Notes: generated by a model not told the origin, from the sequence alone. A stretch of DNA of 64,000 nt from an archaeon (GCA_041661245.1 JBAZUY010000001.1:678876-742875), one strand, 5' to 3'; counted from the first letter of the stretch, positions 53,594-62,212 are shown. Numbers and translations are program-made.

Positions 53594-54484
53594 ATGGCTG
53601 AAAAAATGAACGCAAAAGCAAGTCCTGCAATAATATTGTTCGGAGAATATTTTAACGAAGTGGGCGGGCCAATAGTAGCTTTTCCTGCTCCTGAATATGT
53701 TGAAGCAAAAGTGGAAAAGAAAAAAGAACTTGAAGACGTTGAAATTGATAATCAACTTACAAAAGAAAAATACAAAAAGTCTGAAGGCAAAGACAAACTT
53801 GAATCAAAAATAATTGATGAAATATTTGCTAGCGAACTAGATGTTCCAAAAAAAGGATATAAATTAACAATTTCTGGAAATGTAACTACAAAAACTCCCG
53901 GGTATGAGTCTTGTGTCTGTGTAGCTGTTGCAAAAGCGGTAAACCAATTATCAATTACGACTTGGAAAACAGACGATGCATTTAATGCTGCAATGAAAGC
54001 AAGCAAATTCATTAGTGATGATAAAATTCACTTAGCAACTGCAGCATACGATTCATTTGTACAAATAGATGATTCAAAAGACCCAAAACCAAGACCATTT
54101 CACCCAGGTAAAGCATTATTCTTTGTTTTAGCAAATACTGAAAAACTAGTCGACAAACACGCATCTTCTGATTCACTAAAGAATTGGGTGACTGATGTAA
54201 AAAAAATTGTTTCAAAATCAAAAAATGAAATGAAATATGCTGGAGTAGTAGAACTTGGTAAATTAATGAATCAAAATCATTCGCTCTTAGCTGAAAATAA
54301 ATTAGCCAACAAAGACACTGATCAAATAATTAAAATTTCAAATTATGAAGGTGCACTTGGGGCAAAAATAACTGGATACGAAGGAAAAGTTTTGATTCTT
54401 TGTGAAGGGGACAAACAGCAAGACAAAGTATTAGCATCTTTACAAGGCAAAGGATACGGTGCAGTAAAAATTAAAGCGAATTAA
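53594..54484 (+). CDS. Divergent GHMP-kinase-fold paralog with degenerate phosphate-binding motifs
   Basis: AIILFGEYFNEVGGPIVAFPA (motif 1, His replaced by Tyr). TKTPGYESCVCVAVAKAV stands in place of P.GSGLGSSAA. GALGAKITGYEGKVLILCEG stands in place of TG.G.GG. Confidence 0.55.
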   Translation: MAEKMNAKASPAIILFGEYFNEVGGPIVAFPAPEYVEAKVEKKKELEDVEIDNQLTKEKYKKSEGKDKLESKIIDEIFASELDVPKKGYKLTISGNVTTKTPGYESCVCVAVAKAVNQLSITTWKTDDAFNAAMKASKFISDDKIHLATAAYDSFVQIDDSKDPKPRPFHPGKALFFVLANTEKLVDKHASSDSLKNWVTDVKKIVSKSKNEMKYAGVVELGKLMNQNHSLLAENKLANKDTDQIIKISNYEGALGAKITGYEGKVLILCEGDKQQDKVLASLQGKGYGAVKIKAN

Positions 54485-54501
54485 CCTGTTGTTTTGATTT
54501 T

Positions 54502-55257
54502 ATGGCTGAAACAAAAAAAGTCATTGCATTTGACTTTGATGGGACAATAATTGATACGGCCCAGGAGAGTTTTCTAACCTCGGCGAAAACTTATTATGAG
54601 ATGACAGGAATTGGTTTAGTTACTGAAAAAAATGCCAAGCATTACATCCAAGGGAGAGGGTTCTCACTAAATGCTGAAGCAAACTATACATTAATCAAAT
54701 TAATTGCTGATAATCCTTTAATTGATTTTTCAATTTATACTCAAGTACAATTTGACAAAGAGGCGGCGCAAAATAAAAGCGCTGCACAAGAGTTTGCTAA
54801 AAAGTTTGGTGAGAATAGGAAAAAGTTCGCAGAAACCAAAGAATGGTTTGATTGTCAAAAACCATTTTGGGGTGTAAAAGAACTCATTGGAGAGTTGTCA
54901 AAGAACTATGTAGTGTACATTACAACAACAAAAAAGAAATGGAGTGTAGAAGCTTTGCTAAATTATTACAACTTTAACTTTCCTGAAGAAAAAATAATTT
55001 CAGATCATTCAAAAGAAACAAAAGAGGATTTGCTAAGATTAGTTGCTGAAAAAGAGGGAATTTTGATTTCCGAGATTATTCTTATTGATGATGCAATAAA
55101 ACAAGTATTAGTTGCAAAGAAAGCCGGGGCTAAAGTAATTCTTGCTATGTGGGGCGAGAAAAGAAAAGTGTTTGAAGACGAGGCCAAGAAAGAATTAATT
55201 CCTATTGCATACTTGCCTAAGGATTGTGAAAGAATAATTGGGGCAATAGTAAAATAG
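54502..55257 (+). CDS. HAD-superfamily hydrolase
   Basis: VIAFDFDGTIIDT (motif I), YITTTKKK, and LIDDAIKQV near the C-terminus. Confidence 0.65.
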   Translation: MAETKKVIAFDFDGTIIDTAQESFLTSAKTYYEMTGIGLVTEKNAKHYIQGRGFSLNAEANYTLIKLIADNPLIDFSIYTQVQFDKEAAQNKSAAQEFAKKFGENRKKFAETKEWFDCQKPFWGVKELIGELSKNYVVYITTTKKKWSVEALLNYYNFNFPEEKIISDHSKETKEDLLRLVAEKEGILISEIILIDDAIKQVLVAKKAGAKVILAMWGEKRKVFEDEAKKELIPIAYLPKDCERIIGAIVK

Positions 55258-55295
55258 TTAAAACATCCCATTTACGATTAGTTTAAGGTGGTTAA

Positions 55296-56294
55296 ATGAA
55301 GGTAACTGTAAAAGCAAATGCAAATATCGCATTAACTAAATATTGGGGGAAAAAGGACGCTGCGTTAAAAACTCCTTGGAATAGCAGCACAAGTATTACC
55401 CTTGATGGACTTGAAACAACTACTACAGTTGACTTTGATAAAAAATACAAAACGGATGTTTTTATTTTAGATGGAAAAGAATACGCAGAAACTACTGATG
55501 AATACAAAGAAGTAAAAGAACAACTTGATATTATACGCGGAAAAGCAAAAATAGATTTGAAAGCAAAAGTAATGTCAAAAAATGATTTTCCAACAGCAGC
55601 AGGATTTGCATCTAGTGCTTCAGGACTTGCAGCACTAACATTTGCTTCAGCAAAAGCAGCAGGATTAAATTTGAGTACAAAAGAACTAAGTATAATTTCA
55701 AGAATGGGTTCTGGTTCAGCATCAAGAAGTTTAATTGACGGATTTGCAATATGGCACAGAGGAAGTGCAAGCGATGGACTTGATTCATTTGCTGAACAAA
55801 TTGCTCCAAAAGAACACTGGCCAGAATTTAGAATACTTGGATGCGTTGTTTCAAAGAACGCTAAGAAAATCAAATCGAGAGCAGGAATGGCTCAAAGTGT
55901 AAAAACATCTCCAATATTTGAAACATGGTACACAACTGCGGAAAAAGATGCACAAGCAATGGTTCAATTAATTAAAGACAAAAACTTTGAAGCCTTAGGA
56001 CAACTTGCACAAAAGAACTGCTTACTAATGCACTCTTGTGCAATAACAACAACTCCTCCAGTAATCTACTGGGCGCCAGGAACTCTTGAAGTAATGCACA
56101 GAGTAATGGAAATGCAAGATGAAGGAATGAAATGTTATTTCACAATGGACGGCGGACCACAAGTAAAAATAATCTGCCTAGAAAAAGATGTAAAAGCAAT
56201 CAAAAAAGAAATCAAAAAACTTGAATCAGTGCACGACATAATTGAATGCAAACCTGGAATGGGTCCAAGAGAAGTAAAAGGACATCTTTTCTGA
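55296..56294 (+). CDS. mvaD: Mevalonate diphosphate decarboxylase family protein
   Basis: ANIALTKYWGKKD, FPTAAGFASSASGLAAL, GSGSASRS and YFTMDGGPQV. MVAPP versus MVAP specificity cannot be decided by eye. Confidence 0.8.
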   Translation: MKVTVKANANIALTKYWGKKDAALKTPWNSSTSITLDGLETTTTVDFDKKYKTDVFILDGKEYAETTDEYKEVKEQLDIIRGKAKIDLKAKVMSKNDFPTAAGFASSASGLAALTFASAKAAGLNLSTKELSIISRMGSGSASRSLIDGFAIWHRGSASDGLDSFAEQIAPKEHWPEFRILGCVVSKNAKKIKSRAGMAQSVKTSPIFETWYTTAEKDAQAMVQLIKDKNFEALGQLAQKNCLLMHSCAITTTPPVIYWAPGTLEVMHRVMEMQDEGMKCYFTMDGGPQVKIICLEKDVKAIKKEIKKLESVHDIIECKPGMGPREVKGHLF

Positions 56295-56304
56295 GGCGAG
56301 AGAT

Positions 56305-56988
56305 TTGTTTAATCTAGTAGTGTTTGATTTAGAGGGAACCCTAGTCAAACACACTACAAGACAAGCAAAAATAGTTGAAAACTCAATTACTTCCCAAGGA
56401 ATAAAACTTTCAATTGATGTGGAGTATCTTTATTCTCTTCGCTCAAAACCAGAGTTTCATTCCGCAAAGGATTTTGTTAAAGAACTCTTGAAAAGAAATG
56501 AAACCTCTTTTGATGAAAAACTAATTGATGCAATTGTTAATGAATACAAAAAACTAAGGCAAGATCCTGCATATTTATTTGAATTACAATATTTATTTTC
56601 TTGAACAAAAGAAACGCTTGAACAACTAAAACAAAATGGAGTCAAGTTGGTATTACTTACAAATGCGAACCCAAAGCAAACAAATTATTTAATTGAAAGA
56701 TTTGATTTGAAAAAATACTTTGATTTAGTACTTGATGATTCTTGTGACCTTCCTGAAAAACCAGACCCTGCAAGAATAAATTTTATTTTAGAAAAATTTG
56801 ATTTGAATCCAGACGAAGTTCTAATTGTCGAAGACTCTGAAGCGGGAATTGAGGCTGGTAAAAAAGCAAAAATAAAAACCTGCGGGGTACTAACTGGCAA
56901 TGCCACAGAAAAAGGATTAAAAGCAGCAAAAGCGGATTATATACTAGAATCGGTAAAAGAATTACCGCTTGAAATATTCGGTGAATAA
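56305..56988 (+). pseudogene. HAD-superfamily phosphatase interrupted by one in-frame TGA (56602-56604)
   Basis: The track ORFs 56305-56604 and 56647-56988 are in the same frame. Motif I (VVFDLEGTL) is before the TGA. Motifs II-IV (LVLLTNA, EKPDP, VEDSEAG) are after it. The codons between the TGA and 56647 also read as HAD sequence (TKETLEQLKQNGVK). Confidence 0.7.
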
Positions 56989-57708
56989 ATGAAACGAAAA
57001 TTACTGCCCCCTACAAAAGCTGCTGTGGTGAAAACTCCTGTGAAGGCAAGGCATATTTTAGTTAAAGGGGAAGGTTTGCTTGGGAACAAATGGGTAAAAC
57101 GAGTTTTAGTGCCTGAACAATACCAACGAAATCTTACTCCCTTCAAAAAAGCAGTTCTTAGGGCAGTTGTTCGATATGGATCAACAGCAGCACGTTTAAG
57201 AGACGATGCTTGGGGAAAAAGATTTGTATTAAGACTAGCAAAAAATGAGGTGCGCAATAAAAAATTTTATACCCCTGCTGCTGCGCAAAGAGCATTAATA
57301 GCACTAATCGATGTTCACTCAAAAGGAAAAAAGTTTATTGAAGACAAAGGATATTCTGAGGATTATGATCATCCTCAAATTGGGGAAATAGCAATACCTG
57401 CAAAACGAAAAGTGGTATTTAGAAAGAGTGCTTTAGAAGATGCTCCGTTACTGGATGATAAAGTCAGGGCAAGAGATGTGGGGTATTTAACTTATAGTGT
57501 AAATTTACCTTTCTGTTGTGAAAAGTACGGTTTTGATTATCGCTCAAAATTTGATCCTCCTCTTTATCCAATAAATGTGGAAAAGTTTGCTGAAGAATAT
57601 GCTAAAAGAACGGGCGTGAAAGATGTTCCTAAATTTATTGAAGATGCAAAGCAATCAGTGAAGTCTCTTAATTGGGACCATTGGGATCATGCAGCGGATC
57701 ACATTTGA
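56989..57708 (+). CDS. Hypothetical protein, paralog A of a tandem pair (239 aa)
   Basis: TAAATG junction with the HAD gene. It shares WGK, LHSKG/VHSKG, EDY.HPQIG, YSVN.PFC and KFA.EYAKR with the next ORF. Confidence 0.6.
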   Translation: MKRKLLPPTKAAVVKTPVKARHILVKGEGLLGNKWVKRVLVPEQYQRNLTPFKKAVLRAVVRYGSTAARLRDDAWGKRFVLRLAKNEVRNKKFYTPAAAQRALIALIDVHSKGKKFIEDKGYSEDYDHPQIGEIAIPAKRKVVFRKSALEDAPLLDDKVRARDVGYLTYSVNLPFCCEKYGFDYRSKFDPPLYPINVEKFAEEYAKRTGVKDVPKFIEDAKQSVKSLNWDHWDHAADHI

Positions 57709-57713
57709 TTATT

Positions 57714-58403
57714 ATGAAAAAAAGAAATTTGCCAATGAAAGTGCCAGTTCATGAAGATCCAAAACACGCAAAAAGTCTTGTCGCACGTGTTTGCCAAATG
57801 AGTGACGGGGAAGCTGTACGCGCACTGCTTAAAATAAAAAAAGGGGAAGCTTGGAGAAGAAAAACATCTGACCAATGGGGGAAGAATTATAAAAAAACTC
57901 CTTTATTTTTTAATCCAAAAGCATGTGAATTTCTTTTAAGAGAACTTGTAAGATTGCACTCTAAAGGAATTTCCATAAAAGAAACTTATGGATTTCCGGG
58001 ATTTGTTGAAGATTATTTGCATCCACAGATTGGCCAAGTTGCAGTTCTTGGAAAAAACGCAGCACGAATTAGGGCAGAGTATCTTGAAAAAACTCCCATT
58101 ACTGAACAGAAGCGAATTGATAATTTAACACTGCTAATTTATAGTGTTAATAGCCCATTTTGTTCAGCAATAGATCAAAGACGGGCGCGAGAAGCCTATT
58201 TGGAAGGCCCTTTAGCACATATACGTTTTACAAGTACTTATGGGTGGGATAAAGCTCCAGACCAGCCAATACATGTTGGAAAATTTGCTTTTGAATATGC
58301 TAAGCGAATGAGAATCCAAGATCCAAAACTTTTTGCTGAAAAAGTAGAATCAGATTATAAGATGTTTAATTCAAATTTCATTCATGATTCAGGCGGTGAG
58401 TAA
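57714..58403 (+). CDS. Hypothetical protein, paralog B of the tandem pair (~229 aa)
   Basis: I prefer ATG 57714 (MKKRNLPMKV), 6 nt after the paralog A stop. See the shared motifs listed for paralog A. Confidence 0.6.
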   Translation: MKKRNLPMKVPVHEDPKHAKSLVARVCQMSDGEAVRALLKIKKGEAWRRKTSDQWGKNYKKTPLFFNPKACEFLLRELVRLHSKGISIKETYGFPGFVEDYLHPQIGQVAVLGKNAARIRAEYLEKTPITEQKRIDNLTLLIYSVNSPFCSAIDQRRAREAYLEGPLAHIRFTSTYGWDKAPDQPIHVGKFAFEYAKRMRIQDPKLFAEKVESDYKMFNSNFIHDSGGE

Positions 58404-58406
58404 AAA

Positions 58407-58982
58407 GTGAAACAAATAAGACATTCAAAATTAAGTCAAGCAGTACGAAAAGCTATTACTAAAAAAATGTTTGGGCCTGCAGAACATCGAGCAACCAATT
58501 TTGCAGCACAAAGGATATTACTTGAAAGATTAAATCTTCCAAAAGAAAAACTTGCCCGAGCAAAAAGACTTGAAAGACATTCAATAAGACTACTTGAAGC
58601 AACAACACAAATAAGCAGAGGGGCACCAATTACAATCGGACTTGCAAGACAAATAATAAGACACGCTAGAAATGAAATTAGTGGATTTGTGCAAAGAAAT
58701 AAGCAAAGATTATATCCGGGCCAGGAGCGACAGATGATGGAATTATACCAAAATTTAGGCGTAGATTTAGCCAAACTTACAAAAACTCCTAGCGAACTTC
58801 CTACCAGTTTATCTATGCAATTTGTTAGGGACGCTACAACAATGCATTTTGAAGAATTGCGAACTACAATTGGGGAAGCTGCATTTAAGAGGTACATGAC
58901 ATCCCAGAAAAGATTTCAAAGAGTACTTGCTCGAAGAGGAAAATGGATGGAAAAAACAAAAGAAAATGCTCCTAACAACTGA
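58407..58982 (+). CDS. Hypothetical helical basic protein (191 aa)
   Basis: GTG start 4 nt after the upstream stop. Arg/Lys-rich with helical character. No motif recognised. Confidence 0.5.
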   Translation: MKQIRHSKLSQAVRKAITKKMFGPAEHRATNFAAQRILLERLNLPKEKLARAKRLERHSIRLLEATTQISRGAPITIGLARQIIRHARNEISGFVQRNKQRLYPGQERQMMELYQNLGVDLAKLTKTPSELPTSLSMQFVRDATTMHFEELRTTIGEAAFKRYMTSQKRFQRVLARRGKWMEKTKENAPNN

Positions 58983-59023
58983 ATATAAGTTTTTTGGATT
59001 TGGATATTAGTATGGGTGATTCT

Positions 59024-60133
59024 ATGAAGGTAACTGCGCCAGGAAAATTAATGCTAAGTGGAGAATGGAGTGTTCTTGAAGACGGAATACCCTGTGTTGT
59101 AATGGCAATAGATCAAAGAGTAAGTGCAGAAGTAAAAGATTCAGATAAAATAATGTTTTCTGCGCCAGGATTTGGAATCAATAATGTTGAAGCAGATTTT
59201 AATGACGCAATCACTCTAAAATGCGACGATGCTACAAAAGAGAAACTAATTTTTGTTGCAAAATCAGTAGAAGCAGCACTAAGATACTTACAAGGAAAAG
59301 GAATTAAGACAAAGGATTTTATTTTAGAAACAAATTCAGAAGATACTGTTTATGATCTTGGAAATGGAAAAAAAGCAAAAGTAGGATTTGGTTCAAGCGC
59401 AGCAATAGTTGCAGCAACAGTTGCAGCAGTACTTGCTTACCATGGAGAAGAAATAAGTTCACTAAAAGCAAAAGAGCACATATTCAAACTAGGGTGCATC
59501 GCTCACTTTTTAGCCCAAGGAAAAATTGGTTCCTCATTTGATGTAGCTGCATCAACTTACGGCGGAACTTTAGTTTACCAAAAACCTGATATGAAATGGG
59601 TAACAAAACAATTTGAAGAAAAAAAAGGAATAAAAGAAATAGTAGAACAAAAATGGCCGCTTTTTAGAGCCGAACCTTTGGAACTACCTGCAAATTTTAA
59701 TTTAAGCATTGGATTTGTTGGATATAGCGCTAGTACAAAAGAACTTATTTTGAAACTAAATACTTTCAAAACAGAAAAGAAAACAGAATATGATAAAATA
59801 ATTTCAAATATCAAAGGAATAACTGAAAAATTAATTACTGCAATACAAAAGAAAAATGAAAAAGAAATAATTTCTTTGCTAAAAGAAAACAGAGTTCAAC
59901 TAAAAGCCCTAAGCGATGGGTCACAAAATAATTTAGAAACAAAAGAACTCGGAGTGCTTGCAGATATCGTTGACAAACTCGGAGGAGTAGGAAAATTCTC
60001 TGGAGCTGGCGGAGGAGACTGCGGAATAGGAATAAGCTTTGATAAAAACACTAAAGCAAATATTGAAAAAGAATGGAAGAGCAATAATATTACTCCAATA
60101 TTAGTTGGAATTGCACAAAAGGGAGTGAACTAA
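59024..60133 (+). CDS. mvaK2: Phosphomevalonate kinase (ERG8 / GHMP type)
   Basis: KVTAPGKLMLSGEWSVLEDG, VGFGSSAAIVAATVAAVL and GKFSGAGGGDCGIGI. Confidence 0.8.
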   Translation: MKVTAPGKLMLSGEWSVLEDGIPCVVMAIDQRVSAEVKDSDKIMFSAPGFGINNVEADFNDAITLKCDDATKEKLIFVAKSVEAALRYLQGKGIKTKDFILETNSEDTVYDLGNGKKAKVGFGSSAAIVAATVAAVLAYHGEEISSLKAKEHIFKLGCIAHFLAQGKIGSSFDVAASTYGGTLVYQKPDMKWVTKQFEEKKGIKEIVEQKWPLFRAEPLELPANFNLSIGFVGYSASTKELILKLNTFKTEKKTEYDKIISNIKGITEKLITAIQKKNEKEIISLLKENRVQLKALSDGSQNNLETKELGVLADIVDKLGGVGKFSGAGGGDCGIGISFDKNTKANIEKEWKSNNITPILVGIAQKGVN

Positions 60134-60135
60134 AT

Positions 60136-61182
60136 ATGGGCATGAGGGCAGCAGCAAAAAGAGTAGGGCTAAGAGGAATTGAACTTACCGCAAAAAAAGA
60201 AAAAAAAGGAATAGGGAGTAAAGTTCATGGTGGAGACCACGCAATGGCTGTTGCAAAAACTGCTTATATGCTTGCTTATAGAAAAGCACTTGCTGAAGGG
60301 GCGAGTATTCCTGAAGCAAAGCGATCTGCATCCATGGCATTTGCTGCTGGCGGACAACACGACATGACAAGAAAAGCAACTGAACTAAAACCACACGGAA
60401 ATACTGCTAAGAGGGCATTTCTTACTTTAGCAAAAAGATACCCCTCAGTATACGAATTTAATGCTGCTGAAAAAGAAGCAATTGCTGATGCAATTGAACT
60501 ACACGAACTTGCATACGAAGAACTAAAAGCAAAAGTTGCAGGAAAAACAAGAGAAGCAAGAGTCGCTGCAGAAGCCGTACAAATTGCGGACAAAGTATTT
60601 GAAGCAAGCGGAGTAAGAGTAATTGAAAGAAGAGCATTTTTTGTTGGAAAAGAAAGATTAATGCCTGGAAAAGATTTGCACTATTTAAAAGAAATTTATG
60701 GAGAAAAAGCGCCTTTGTGTGCAGTAGCAATGGAAAGTTGTATGCGATTAAGGGGGATAAATTATTTGCCTGATGTGGAAAAAGCAATGCAACCTATTGC
60801 AGCGCCTTTACATGCAGTGCAGGAAAAATTTTATCTCGGGCTATTGCACGAAATAGGATTCAAAAATGAGTCTCAATTATTAGAAGAAATGAAAAGAATA
60901 AAGTTTCCAAAATTAGATAAAATGGGTGCGAAAATTGAAAAAACAATTGCAATCGAGGCTCCAAGAGTAGCCCGACTGAATATTTCTTCAGATACTGCAA
61001 AAAGTGCGGCTGAAACAGTAATGCATTTTGTGCAATCAAAAAGTCCAACTGAAGCTCTTGCAACATTTAGGCCACAAGGACAACAAGCAAAAGAATGGTT
61101 AAAAGGAATGCAAGGGTACAGACAAGGAAACTTTGGATATCTAAAACAATTAAGCCGGCAACTAAGACAAGCATTTGCTTAA
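60136..61182 (+). CDS. Putative HD-domain phosphohydrolase-like protein (348 aa)
   Basis: VHGGDHAMAVAKTAYMLA ... AAGGQHDMTRK resembles the H..(D)H...HD signature. The rest is unrecognised. It starts 3 nt after the PMK stop. Confidence 0.35.
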   Translation: MGMRAAAKRVGLRGIELTAKKEKKGIGSKVHGGDHAMAVAKTAYMLAYRKALAEGASIPEAKRSASMAFAAGGQHDMTRKATELKPHGNTAKRAFLTLAKRYPSVYEFNAAEKEAIADAIELHELAYEELKAKVAGKTREARVAAEAVQIADKVFEASGVRVIERRAFFVGKERLMPGKDLHYLKEIYGEKAPLCAVAMESCMRLRGINYLPDVEKAMQPIAAPLHAVQEKFYLGLLHEIGFKNESQLLEEMKRIKFPKLDKMGAKIEKTIAIEAPRVARLNISSDTAKSAAETVMHFVQSKSPTEALATFRPQGQQAKEWLKGMQGYRQGNFGYLKQLSRQLRQAFA

Positions 61183-61213
61183 AATAATTTGCAAAAATCC
61201 TTGCCGAGTTTTT

Positions 61214-61223
61214 CGTCAATTGT
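61214..61223 (+). promoter_or_regulatory. Third copy of the CGTCAATTGT core motif, upstream of the por operon TATA
   Basis: An exact 10-mer shared with 22590-22599 and 27641-27650. It is preceded by a T5 run and followed 13 nt later by TATTTAAA. Confidence 0.4.
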
Positions 61224-61297
61224 ACTAAGTGTCAGTTATTTAAACTCTAAATTTAACAAAGTAATCTTGTAAAGAAGCCAAATTTTGGTGAGCATGA

Positions 61298-61867
61298 ATG
61301 AAACAAATAATTGTACTAGGGAGAGGAGGACAGGGAGCTGTTACAAGTTCACAAGTCTTAGCGATAGCTGCATTTAAAGATGGCAAAGCTTCACTAGCAT
61401 TCCCTAACTTTGGAGTAGAAAGAACTGGGGCGCCAGTACGAAGTTATTGTCGAATTGATTCAAAACCAATTACACTAAGAGAACAAGTATACGAAGCAGA
61501 TTATGCAATCGTACTTGACCCAACTCTACTAAAAGGATTAACTGAAAAGATCACTGGAACAATTATTGTAAACTCTAATAAAAAACCAGAAGATTTGGGG
61601 ATTGTGACTAAGGCAAAAGTAAAATGCGTTGATATTACAAGTACTGCGCTGAAAGTAATTGGAAAACCATTTGTTAACATTGCAGCACTTGGAGCATTTG
61701 CAGGAATCACTGGAGAAGTAACACTTAAATCTTTAGAAGAAGCAATTGCATTACAAATGGGGAGTAAAGGCCCAATGGTAGAAAAAAATATTGCAGCAAT
61801 AAGAGAAGTTTATGAAACTGCAAAGACTTGCGGGCATGAAAATGGAAAATGCGAAGTAAAGAAATGA
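61298..61867 (+). CDS. porG: 2-oxoacid:ferredoxin oxidoreductase gamma subunit (pyruvate/ketoisovalerate type)
   Basis: IIVLGRGGQGAVTSSQVLA and ERTGAPV. It is followed by delta, alpha and beta subunit genes. Confidence 0.85.
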   Translation: MKQIIVLGRGGQGAVTSSQVLAIAAFKDGKASLAFPNFGVERTGAPVRSYCRIDSKPITLREQVYEADYAIVLDPTLLKGLTEKITGTIIVNSNKKPEDLGIVTKAKVKCVDITSTALKVIGKPFVNIAALGAFAGITGEVTLKSLEEAIALQMGSKGPMVEKNIAAIREVYETAKTCGHENGKCEVKK

Positions 61868-61885
61868 TTTATTGGTTTGATAATT

Positions 61886-62212
61886 ATGGCAAAAGAAAAG
61901 AAAGAAGTTGTTGAAAAAAAAGATACAACTAAAGTAAATGCTAGCGGAATTCCATTAAACATGGGTGCAGTAATACTTGAACCTGGCTCAACAAAGAAAT
62001 ACAAAACTGGGGAATGGAGAACATTTATTCCAATGATAGATTCAACAAAATGCATTAAGTGCGGACAATGCTGGATGACTTGTCCAGATGCAGCAATATT
62101 TAAAGCAGAAGACGGATCATTTAGAATAAATTACACTTACTGCAAAGGATGCTTACTTTGTGAAAAAGTATGCCCAGTAAAATGCATAAGTCACAAGGTT
62201 GAGGAAAAGTAA
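61886..62212 (+). CDS. porD: 2-oxoacid:ferredoxin oxidoreductase delta subunit (2x[4Fe-4S])
   Basis: CIKCGQCWMTCPDAAI and CKGCLLCEKVCPVKCI. Confidence 0.85.
   Translation: MAKEKKEVVEKKDTTKVNASGIPLNMGAVILEPGSTKKYKTGEWRTFIPMIDSTKCIKCGQCWMTCPDAAIFKAEDGSFRINYTYCKGCLLCEKVCPVKCISHKVEEK

Noticed and set aside
56602-56604. Genome-wide reassignment of UGA as the explanation for the in-frame TGA.
   Set aside because: Several well-supported genes in the window end at TGA exactly where homologs end: the giant gene at 15423-15425, HMGS at 28886-28888, DegT at 35906-35908 and MVD at 56292-56294. TGA therefore functions as a stop here.
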